A stretch of DNA of 64,000 nt from Neoechinorhynchus agilis (lineage: Eukaryota > Animalia > Acanthocephala). The notes beneath the pieces were generated by a model. The model ran no database searches. It was not told where the DNA came from and worked only from the letters and a program-made list of their open reading frames with translations. The position numbers were made by a program, and so were the translations under genes. Where the stretch lies: NCBI GenBank assembly GCA_051530055.1, contig CM121343.1:7752044-7816043 (forward strand), written 5' to 3'. Below are positions 1 through 10,402 of the stretch, piece by piece; the first letter of the stretch is position 1; the number at the start of each line of letters is the position of its first letter.

Positions 1-945
1 AAGGAGTTCCTCAGGGTTCCCCGCTGTCCCCTATACTCTTCTGCCTCGCCACCCAGTTTATCATACAGAACTGCAGGGTCTGCAAAGCCATCTCCATCTA
101 CGCAGACGATATGACTGCGGCCATTAAGGAGGTCAATTATCTGCGAGCTAAAAAACGGCTTCTCGCTCTCTTAACTTTTCTTGAAGACGCACTCCCTATG
201 ATGGGTCTGCAGCTGAACCCCAAGAAAACCCAGTTTATTATTAAATCCAAGTCACGGACGGGCAAAATAAAGCTTTTGGAGGCATTCAACAATTTTTTGG
301 TACCAATATTAACAAAACCTCCTCTAAGCTGACCATTTTGGGTTATTCATTTACGGCTAATTTCTCCCCCTTTCATGACTTAGCCAAACTTAAAAAATAA
401 TTAAAACTTGCGAACATAAAGGCACGAAGACCTCAACGGATAGGCCTTCCTTTGAAGTGTATTCGTTCAGTTTGGAACGCATGGGCTATTTCGGACCTTG
501 TTTTTACTCCTGCGGCCGACCACCTGACCAACGTATGGTATTCCGCGATACCTTCCTTAAAGCTCTCCAACATCTTCAATACCCTTGGGCGCATACTACA
601 GATTGGTCCGACAAAACGTACCGATGGATCGACTTTAAAATATCCTGAATCGCTATCCTCACTGTCCGATCCAAAATTTGTAAATACATTGCGATTCCTA
701 ACGAATAAATCCTTGTTGTGCCGATCGATACTTGGCCCGCATCACATCTTCTCCTTCTTTTTGGGAATCATACCTCTGATGCGGCCTACGCTCCCTTGAA
801 CTCCGTCTTGGTAGCGTGATTGGTCGAGCCGCCCTTGCCATTCGCATGTCCGTTATCGAATATGATTTCGGTCGGAACTCTAAAATGGCGCAAAAACTGT
901 TTTTAGTTTGTTGATCGTTTCGAACGCCGATGTTGAACTTATCGG
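1..945 (+). mobile_element. Non-LTR retrotransposon RT fragment, frameshifted (clade uncertain)
   Basis: The frame starting at nt 3 reads GVPQGSPLSPILFCL...IYADDM...GLQLNPKKTQF, which are RT motifs. Downstream the sequence is broken by stops and frameshifts. Confidence 0.85.
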
Positions 946-999
946 AATGATCTCTGGCCAATGATTATAGGCATCTATAAGGACTAGATAAAGTTGCTC

Positions 1000-3952
1000 A
1001 CCGATTGGTTCTGCGAAATCTTAGTGAATTCGAGCCCACGATTCCTCTAGTACATCCCATTGGTACATTGGAGCCTCCTCGGAATCAGGCCTCCTGCTTT
1101 GACAACTTTTGCACGTTCCCAGCTTATGTTCTATGTCCTCATGGATGTTGGGCCACCAACAGTAGTATCTCGCCAGATCAGTCATTGCTAAGATTCCTGG
1201 GTGTCCCATATGTAAGACATCTAGTGCTTTACTTTCAATGCCTGAGGAATCACTAGACGCTCTAACCACAGGATTACTACGTCCTCTAACGATAATTTGT
1301 GTCTCCGAGAGGAATGTTGACTCAACTCTCGAGGTACGATCAACGACCAACCGTTCACTAAGTAACGTTTCACTCTCCGCAGTTCCGGATCCGATTCGGC
1401 TGTGGCGCGCATCTTTTTCAAGCTCAGCTCCATCTCGCTCATCATGTAATTCTGCATCATGTTGATTTCATGATCTTCTTCGTCGGTAGGAGCACATATC
1501 AGCTATTCGATTGTTTTGTCCTCTGACAAATTCGAGTTCATAATTATATTGAGATAGTTCGATACCTCAACGGATTAAACGCTGGTTCGTCATCTTAGCT
1601 AAGTTCCGGTTAACTCCATAAATGTATTTCAACGGTTTGTGATCACCTTAAATTTCCGGCCTACTAAGTATTGGTGGAATTTCCGCACAGCGAAAATTAT
1701 GGCTAAGTCCTCTTTTTTCACTTGGGCGTAATTCTTCTCTAGACTCTTGAGAGTTCTAGAAGCATAGGCAACCGGTAACGCATTCCCATCAGCCTGCACC
1801 TGTATTAACACCATTCCAAAACCCTTATAGCTTGCGTCACGCCATAACTCGGTTTGTTTCTCCATTTGGAACGTTTTGAAAACTTGAGCATCCATTAGGG
1901 ATTCGCGCACTTCTTGGAAGGCATGCTCGTGTTCGGAATTCCACTCCCAGGCTCTTCCTTTGTTGGTTAGTTCATATAGTGTCTTACATTTAGACTGTAG
2001 TTCTGGAATGAATTTGTTCAGAAAATTGACTGCTCCCAGAAACGACCTTAGTTCCCCTTTATTTGATGGTCGCTGTAAGGCCAAAATTGCTTGAATCTTT
2101 TTTTTACTTGGTTGAATGCTATCGCGATGTAATGTGTGTCCCTGGAATTGTATTGTGTTTTGTAGGAACACGCACTTTTGACGATTTGATTTCAATTCCA
2201 CTCGATTGAATCTATTGAATACTTCGGACAGGCTTGATAAGTGGTCCTTGAGGGTTTGACCCGTAATCAGCACATCGTCGAAATAAATTGCGAATCCAGG
2301 GATTCCTTCGAGTAGTTCATCCATATAACGTTGGAAGGCTGCTGGTGCTGAACTGATTCCAAGAGGTAGTCTTTTATAGCGGAAAAATCTTCGATGGATA
2401 GAAATTGTCAAGTATTTTCTCGAGTTCATGTTGACAGGCTGCTGCAAATACGCGTCCTTTAAATCGAGCCTGGAGTATTGTTCTCCTCCCGCAATTTGGT
2501 TCACAACCTCCTCCCACGTAGCAATGGCGTAGCTATCGATTGATAGATATGGATTAATTGTGACTCTAAAATCACAGCATATCCTGATATCACTGTTAGG
2601 TTTCCTAGCAATCACAATTGGTGCGACCCAATCGATTGAGTCTTTACGCAAATCCACTTTTTCCAGGATATTTGCTTTCAATTGCCTTATCAACTCTTTT
2701 TCCACTTTGTCTTTCAATGTCAGTGTAATTCGCCAACTAGTCCATCTTCTTGGTGTTGCATTTAAGGCGATCGCTAATGATATTTCTGTATTGTTAACCG
2801 GAGCGGCCGAACAGTCAAAAACCGATTTATGTTTCATTAATAACTATACGATTGAGTGAATGACGGAACCTCCGCATGTTCCAACCTGCTGACAAGGTAG
2901 ACTATGACGCACATAACTCTGCCATGGGATTTCAAAAGCATTAATCCAAGGGCGCCCGAATAAGCTGTACTTGCCGTTCCGCACTACCATTACCTCCAAT
3001 AGCCTTTGTCTCGTTCCCAAAATCACATCGATGTTGCGTTTCCCCAGTTTATGCAAACATTTGCCACCATACGCCCGCAGGGGTTTAACAGGAGTCAGGG
3101 TCGGCTGTCCTATCCTACGCCAATCCATCATGGTTAACACGGACACACACTGGCGCCCATGTATCATATTCCGTTGTGATTGTTATTTATTTATTTGGAC
3201 ATCTAGCTCGGGAATATGATCCTGTCCTTCCGCTGTACTGTGTACATCCGATATCGCGTTCAGCTCTTCCAGTTGATCTGAAGGATTCCGCGATCGACAA
3301 CATGATCAAAAATGGCCCTGACGCTGGCACTTGAAACATTTTTGTTTCTAGCTGGACAATTCTGTTGATAGTGTTCGAGTCCGCATCTTCCACTACGTCC
3401 CAGTTCGAGGTGCTCGACCTTGGTTGTATCTTGCTGTCCTCCGACTGATTCTGTCAGGGATTCTCGACTTACCCACCTTTCCTTCCATGACGTATCTTTC
3501 GACATTTCGAAAGTATCACATATTTTGATCACGTCATTCAAGGAAGGTGCTCTCATTTGGAGAATCTGGTTTCTGACTACATCGTGCAACGTTCTCATAA
3601 CTATTTGATCACTGATGTGGTCATCGATTGCTTCTTTTTCCGAACTGATCGATTTGTTCAAAAATTCGCACAATCGAGCTTTTTCCCGTAGATTCGCGAT
3701 CCAGTAAACATACGACTGACCGTTTTTCATTTCGCACTGACTAAATGCAAAACGTGCCGCAACAAAATGAATTGGCCCCGCGTAGTGCACGTCTGCTAGC
3801 TCTATTAGCTCTTTATAAGTGTACTCATTGACCTCCTTACCGGCGCAGATACTCGCTATCAATTGATATGTGCTCGGACCGACCCAAGAGAGAAACATAT
3901 CGCTCATCATTATTCGACTACAGACACCTTGTGCCGCAAAATGAAAGTCCAA
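1000..3952 (-). mobile_element. Decayed Ty3/Gypsy LTR retrotransposon (gag, protease, RT, RNase H, integrase Zn-binding part)
   Basis: Gag-like ORF at 3260-3952. RT-RNase H ORF at 1629-2837 (RICCDFR, LDLKDAYLQ, LPLGISSAPAAFQR, YFDD, DASYKGFG, YASRTL). Integrase HHCC at 1021-1350 (LHMGHPG...WWP...CKSCQ), truncated at WARIH. No LTR pair found. Confidence 0.9.
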
Positions 3953-4116
3953 CTGCTGCTTGTAGTTTCGCCAACTCTCTTTTTCCTCCTGAAAGGGGCG
4001 GAAAATCGCTGCTCTATCTTGGCCACTCCCTCGTCAACAACTGCTGCAATAGTTGTAAAGATAAAATCCATGAGTATGTGGCGGTGGGAAAAAATTATAT
4101 CAAAGAATGACTTTAT

Positions 4117-4157
4117 TTGAAATATTTCGTCCAATCACAATGGACTTCTTCAGTCAA
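4117..4157 (-). ncRNA. Minimal type-I hammerhead ribozyme motif at the 3' end of a Penelope-like element
   Basis: Minus strand reads TTGA-CTGAAGA-A-GTCCA-ttgtgat-TGGAC-GAAA-TA-TT-TCAA. The CUGANGA/GAAA core is intact, with a 5-bp helix II, a 4-bp helix I and a palindromic ATAT mini-helix III. It starts at the stop codon of the PLE endonuclease ORF. Confidence 0.8.
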
Positions 4158-4411
4158 TTATCTAAAAAGGAATTTGGCAACCTCAATGGGGAATAATCTG
4201 TCTTGTTTCCCTCGAAAGTATTGGCTCCCTGAATGTACGTGGCCTCGATAATAACACGCTCAACCTTATGGTCATTGCGTGTCAACACATATGCGTCGTT
4301 ATTATCGATATTATGGCCCGTAGTCAGAGAGTGGGAAACCACAGCGGAGTTCGTGCCCTGTTTCTTCAGTGAATAGCGATTTCCGACGTTAATAAAGCAG
4401 CCATCGATCAT
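4154..4411 (-). mobile_element. Penelope-like element, C-terminal GIY-YIG endonuclease fragment
   Basis: NSAVVSHSLTTGHNID...RVIIEATYI matches the PLE endonuclease C-terminus. The 5' side is cut by satellite DNA. Confidence 0.75.
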
Positions 4412-4414
4412 CCC

Positions 4415-5805
4415 TTATGTTCATTTAGTACATCTCAACGCGCTGATTCAAAATCTAGTTTAGGATTTGCGATAGCTGTCATGGTTCTTGAGTTATTCGT
4501 CTTTCAATTTTTACACCAATAACTTTGATTACGGACATCAAAACGTCAAGGAATTTTAAATCAAATAAACTTTTCTAGATCTACAATTAAAGCAGATTTC
4601 ACCTGCATTTAATGTTTTTTGTGGCTATGTAAATCTTAACATTTAGTTTGAAGATTGATGTTCATAAAATGCACATGAATTTAATCCATGGTGCGGTAAC
4701 GCGGCATAGATCTTATATAACATTGAGAGCATATCTAATGCGCTGATTTCAATGGTATTATCCAATTTTAATTACTCTTGCAAATTTAGTAATCTTTTAC
4801 TGTGATGACTTTTGACGGAATACAACAATGCGGTTTGCGGCGTTAATAATATAGCTTTTGTTCATCGATTTTGTCCATATAGTGCATCTCGACGCGTTGA
4901 TTCCTCATATGTTTTCAGATTTTCGATAGCTACCGCGGTTCTTGAATTATTCGTCTTTCAATTTTTAGACCAATAACCTTAATTAAAGATATCAAAACGC
5001 CAATAAATTTCAGATCAAATTAACTTTTATAGATCTAATTTAAAAGCTAATTTCACCTGTATTTACGGTTTCTTAGCTTTGACAATCTTAAACTTTTGGC
5101 TTTTATATTGATGTTCATAAAAGACACCTGAATTTAATCAATAGTGCTATGACGCGGCTTAGATCTTATAAAATAATTGGAGCACATCTGATGCGCTGAT
5201 GTCAATGGTACTAACCAATTTTAATGAATCTTGCAAATTTAGTGATTTTTCAGTGTTATAACTATGTAAGGAATATAACAATGCAATTTCCGACGTTAAT
5301 AATATAGCTGCCGTTTATCGATTATGTCCATATAGTTCACCTCGACGCGCTGATTCCAAACCGGTTTTCAAATTTGCGATCGCTGCCACAGTTTTTGGGT
5401 TATTCGTCTTTCAATTTTTACATTAAGAACCTTGATTAATGATATTAAACCTAAATTAATTTCAAATCAAATTATCTTTTATACATGTTCTTTTGAAGCT
5501 GATTTCACCTGTATTTACTGTTTTTTATAGCTTTGTCAATCTTAAAATTTTGTTTGAAGATTGATGTTCATAAAAGCCACCTGAATTTAATCCGTTGTGC
5601 GATGACGCGGTTCAGATCTAGTAAAGCATTTTAAGCATATCCGATGGTCTGATTTCAATGGTATTATCGAATTTTTGGTGAAACTTGCAAATTTAGTGAT
5701 ATTTCACTGTTATAACTATTTACGAAATATTACAATGCGATTTCCATCGTTAATAATATAGCTGTCGTTTATCGGTTATGTACATATAGTTCATCACGAC
5801 GCGGC
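4415..5805 (-). repeat. Three diverged copies of the 454-bp satellite, inverted relative to the main array
   Basis: The GATAGC landmark recurs at 4471, 4925 and 5378 (period 453-454). The reverse complement matches the 52-62 kb monomer, e.g. aataactcaagaaccatgacagctatcgcaaatcc. Confidence 0.92.
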
Positions 5806-5829
5806 GAGTTCAAGGCGACGAGAGATGAT

Positions 5830-6092
5830 GGCTGGGGTAGAGAAGGCGTAAACCGGACGGTGTCACAGTATTCCCGTGGCGAGAAGGAAAATGCCTTAGC
5901 AACATAAAATTCGTCACTATTAAACCAGGGGAGCAGCAACCGCCGCTGAGGAACGCAAAAGGTCCAAATACAGGGACCTGAGTCGAAATCATTATTGTGC
6001 TCCCTTTGGCGTCGAGACGCTCGGGTTGTTTGGTACCGCGGCGCGAGACCTGGTCAAGCAATTGTCTAGGAAATTGAGACGAATCACTGGCG
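5830..6092 (+). mobile_element. CRE-like non-LTR element, restriction-like endonuclease (RLE) fragment
   Basis: KPDGVTVFPWREGKC...AATAAEERKRSKYRDL...FGVETLGLFG. Closely similar to the copy at 42860-43320. Confidence 0.85.
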
Positions 6093-6960
6093 ATAGAGTT
6101 TGCCACCTGATCGAATTTTAGAGGAAAGGAAGTTTCTGCGGGCGATAAGTATTTTCTTAGTAAGTGCGTTTTGTAAACAGGGAGAGTCTGGAGAGTTATT
6201 GCGATGGGCCTTCGAAGCTTGCCTTTGTAGAAGTTTCAAAATGGGGGTTATCCATAGTGGATCGCCGTTGGAGATCCTAATGAATTTCCTGTGAATTACC
6301 GAAATTAGGGAATTTTTTATGATTGAGATTACGGAGAACATGGCTAAGGAATGGTCATTTGTGTTGTCAGAGTGGAATGCGCGAATATTAGAGTTAAACA
6401 ACTTTATAAAATTTTGGATGTGACGATCACGTTTATCCCAGACGAGAAAACGAGGAGATTTCATACGCTGAGGTGGGGTGGTAGGAGTAATAAGGGCAGA
6501 AGAGTGGTCAGAGTTCGCGTGGGGAGGGAGTTTAGAGGCGGATGAGTAGGCGTCGATATTTGTGAACACTTTGTCGAGGTGAGCGTCAAGACGAGTTGAG
6601 AAACTCGGAGAAGGGCGAAAGAGGAAATAGCTTATTGAAGCACCCTGTAATTAAGAAATGGTGTGAATTTGTGGAGTTTGAGCTCCATCATTGAATCAAG
6701 TTGGCGCAAAGAGGACTCAGGGCGAGGGACAGGAGGGCGATAGGTTTCAGCAATTGTGAATTCTCTAAGCCTATTTCCTAGAGGAGCTATGAAATGGAAT
6801 GCGATGAATTCTACATCGGAGTTTTACAGCGACCCTGTGAGAGATGAAGAGTATGGTAGCGATTGCCATACGTAAAGTAAAACCCATCTCCTGGACGGTA
6901 GTCGCGATAATTATGGAAGGATGACTAGAAGATCCTCTTTCTTGAAAGTCATTACACCAG
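6084..6960 (-). mobile_element. L2/CR1-like LINE ORF2 fragment (APE endonuclease and linker)
   Basis: TYRPP, GCFN (GDFN-like), LDKVFTN, SDH and the downstream PLWIT motif. Confidence 0.75.
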
Positions 6961-7459
6961 CAAAATTCACCGAATCAGAAATAGAAACAATGACTTATAA
7001 CATGTTTTCAGATTAATTGCTTTATTATGCATATTTAGGATTATTTTATGGACTTATATCGAAAGAACTATGATAAGGAAAAGAGCAACAGCAAAAAAAC
7101 GATTCAGCTTTAAAAGTGGATCAAGAAAAGTTAATTGAGAATCCATTTATATTTTTATCTAAATAATCAAGGATTATATTATCTTATTTCTGAAAATGTC
7201 GATATGTGTGGTACCGGGGAAAGTGATTGGAAGTATTGTTTAGGTCTCCACCCGGTAAATGATTATTTATTAAAGACGTTTCGAACCTCATCGGGTCCAT
7301 CATCAGTTTGTAACAAACAAACTGATGATGATGATGAACCCGACGAAGTTCGTAGAACGTCTTTAATAAATAATTATCTTATTTCTGGCTAGCAGGTTAC
7401 ATATTATTCTTTTTATTCAGGCGAAATAAAGAAAAATGATTTAATTTAATTGATAATTT

Positions 7460-7680
7460 CAAAGGGGACGAACAATCGCTGAAGGGAGGAAACTCACAGG
7501 TGAGTCCCGTCTTCTAGAGAGGTGCCTGAGAATCCGCAGGGATACAAAACTCGTAACCGTACAGCTAATGGTCTAAGTGGTTTCATCACTTCCCTGGCCC
7601 GGAAAGGTGGGCTGTGCCATCAAGGAAAATTATCGACCGTGTAAGGGATGCTCACTTCAACACTTAGAGAATAATCAAGG
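7460..7680 (+). mobile_element. SINE-like repeat, headless copy of the family at 33630-33910
   Basis: Aligns with 33716-33900 (tcaaaggggacg...atcgctgaagggaggaaactcac...tgagtcccg...ttccctgg...aaggaaaattatc). Confidence 0.75.
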
Positions 7681-7904
7681 ATGTTTGTCTAAAAATTGAT
7701 ACACGTATAACTCGGGAACCGTGATAGCTATCACTAAGTGCATATTTTATTACAAACGTATTATACTCATTAAAAAATCAAAAAGTCCTTTTGTTTTCCT
7801 TTACGTTCATATTTTAAGAATCATACAGAATTGTCTTCGGGTAGAATTTGATTCGAGTTTGGCGATGTTTTCCCCCGGATTGTTGTTGGTGTTGATCATT
7901 TATT

Positions 7905-7948
7905 TTAAAATATTTCGTAAGCTTTTTGCTTACCTCTTCAATTATATC
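7905..7948 (-). ncRNA. Hammerhead-like motif in the PLE repeat (core variant TTGAAGA)
   Basis: TTGAAGA-G-GTAAGC-aaaaa-GCTTAC-GAAA-TATT. One core position (C3) is mutated and helix I is only about 3 bp. Confidence 0.6.
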
Positions 7949-9673
7949 TACAAATTAAGCTAAAAGTCAAAATTGGACTATAGGAGTGGATAGCTGCGGT
8001 GATCTAACGTTTTGTTTTGTCCTGAATTTTGGGAAGTACAAGCGTATGATTCGCTTTGTTACTCTCCATGGTTACATTCCCTGTGATGTATATTGCCTCC
8101 ATTACCAATCTCCTCCATAAATTAGCCTCAGGCTATATTATTGATGCTCATGTCCGAAGTCCACACGGTGTTTTTCCTTCTCCTGATGATTGGAGATCGC
8201 TGAGGAACCATCAAACCTCCTGCGCGCCTGCTTGTGTTGTGTTATTCTTTTGGACAATCCTTGCATCGTTTGTCCCAAATAGATAGGATCACATTCCATG
8301 CACGGGATTTTATATACCTCCCTTGTACATTCTCTACTGTTCTTCTTCTTGAGTAATCCTGTGTTAGTTGAACCTTTGCTGTACGATATTCTTAGGTTCG
8401 GATATTTTCCCTTCAGTCCATTTAGCTTCTTACTTGCCGTTTTGCTCACGATCTTAAGAGATGCATGCATCTTGGGTTCAGCTGTCTTGCTTTCTTTTAC
8501 TCGTTTTGGACTGTTGATTCGTTGCATGCCCCGCTTGATTATCCACCACGGTTATCCTCTTGATTTAAGCACTTGTGTTATGTTGCGATATTCTTGATTG
8601 GGTGTGCTCACTTTTGACGTTATTTGTTTGACTCGTTGGAAGTACGAAGTTACTGTGGATAGTTTGTGTCGCATTGGCTGGTGACTGGTCCATACTATGG
8701 GTCCCCAAGGTAAGTTGGGTTTATGGTACATCGACGTTTCGACTGTACCTCTTTTTCCCAGATTCATTAGAACATCCAGGAAAGAGATGTGACCATTTTC
8801 CTCTTGCTCAACTGACCATTGAATATCGCTATTTCATTTAAATCTTCCTTAAGTCTGTTATGGTCGATATTAAGGTTCGTAATGATGAATGCATCATCCA
8901 CATATCTTCTCCTCAACCTATGATGTATCGTTTGGAGGTTAGAAACTTGTCCTCCCATTTGCGCATATAAAGGTCTGCCAGGACTGGTGCTAGAGACGAT
9001 TCCATAGCCACACCATCACACTGATCATAATATTTGTGATTGAATTCGAATGACGTTTTACACGTACACCAACTTAGGAGGTCCAGTCTGGGTTCAGGAC
9101 AATTCTGTTCTAGTAAATAAGCAGCCATATTCATTGTCTCCACTAATGAGATGTTAGTAGATAGAGAATTAACGTCCGCTGTGAAAAATTGATGTTCGTG
9201 ATGTTGTCCCTGTCTGATGAAAGCAGCGAAAGCTGAGCCATCGGCAATATACGAGGTCGCAGGTGGTTGAGATTGCCGAAGTATGCTATTGATTTTCTTT
9301 GCCAATTTGTGATTAAACGTATCATATGAAGCGATGATCGGACGGAATTGTAAACTCGGCTTATGTATTTGAGGGGATAAATACATAAACGCGCTCGATG
9401 CGGATGTGGATCTCGTTTGCTGATGAAAGATATTCTATATGAGCGACGAATTGACTAATCTTCTTAACATCGAGTTCAGTTCCGTCTCCCTCTTCCTTGT
9501 AGGGTCATAATGGAGTTCCTTGAATTTTTGAGATGAGAGTATATTGTGGGCAGCCATATTGTATTCATCTAAATCGACGGCGACTGTGTCTCTTCCTTTG
9601 TCTGATTTTAAATGGCAATCGATTCGATTGATCCACTCCTATAGTCCAATTCTGACTTTTAGCTTAATTTGTA

Positions 9674-9718
9674 GATATAACTGAAGCGGTAAGGAAAAAA
9701 GCTTACGAAATATTTTCA
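9674..9718 (+). ncRNA. Hammerhead-like motif in the inverted PLE repeat (core variant CTGAAGC)
   Basis: CTGAAGC-G-GTAAG-gaaaaaag-CTTAC-GAAA-TATT. A9 is mutated. The consensus with the 7905-7948 copy restores CTGAAGA. Confidence 0.55.
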
Positions 9719-10402
9719 AATAAATGATCAACACCAACAACAAACCGGGGAAAAACCATCGCCAAACTCGAATTTAAAGAATGTTTAATTAAAATCGTGA
9801 ACATTTTTATTTGATATTATAGATTTCTTTTCACTAGAATTGTTTATCAGTTATTTTGTATTTGTAAAAAGTTAAGAACGCACAGAGTACTATATTCTTC
9901 GCTTTCTAAAATACTGTTTAAATCTAGTGCACTTAAATGAAATCTAAATTAATTTTTGTCTGATTTTGGTACTAATTCGTGTAATGATTTCGGATGAACT
10001 TTTCTTACATTACACTTTTGTTCTTTATCTGAGTTTTCGTTGAATCACTTGTCTAGATGAGATGAAACGCGTTTTTCTTTATAGTAAACTGTTGAGTGTA
10101 TTATCGTTATTCTTAGTCTACTATTATTGCATATCTTTATTGTCTATGAATTTTGGAATAAGTGATACCACTTTGAATTTCTCATGATGAATTCTACTTG
10201 ATAATAACACGTTTATTCATCAAAGCAGAGAATAAGACCCATGTCACGGGTGGTTTCTCTTGTACTTTCATTGGAGTAAATAAGGCATTGCGGCGATTGA
10301 TTGAGCAACCACTGTTTGTTGGGCTTGATTTGATGATTTTAAGAAGATCCACGCCCTCTCCTACTCCGCGGCGCTCAAAACACTCTGGGCTATCTGTTTA
10401 GA

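Larger units (their letters stand above)
7848..9772 (-). mobile_element. Penelope-like element (RT + GIY-YIG, frameshifted) flanked by ~145-bp inverted repeats
   Basis: KSDKGRDTVAVD, MYLSPQIHKP...FRPII, DGVAMESSLAPVLADLYM, RRYVDD, and VYKIPCMECDPIYLGQT. 7848-7992 is the reverse complement of 9631-9772. Confidence 0.92.

Noticed and set aside
1000-1030. Both Gypsy elements end at the start of the integrase core (here and at about 51950)
   Set aside because: They are different families with different neighbouring sequences, so coincidence is sufficient.
4015-4045. Possible primer-binding site and LTR of the first Gypsy (minus strand GTTGACGAGGG)
   Set aside because: It is too degenerate, and no matching LTR pair could be found.
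7000-7400. 85-aa AT-rich ORF at 7135-7392
   Set aside because: Non-ATG start, no recognisable motif and it lies within TE debris. It cannot be supported as a gene.
7585-7625. Intact twister or HDV-like ribozyme in the SINE tail
   Set aside because: Only partial motif resemblance. The conserved GAGGG/UAA elements and pseudoknot pairings could not be built in either copy.
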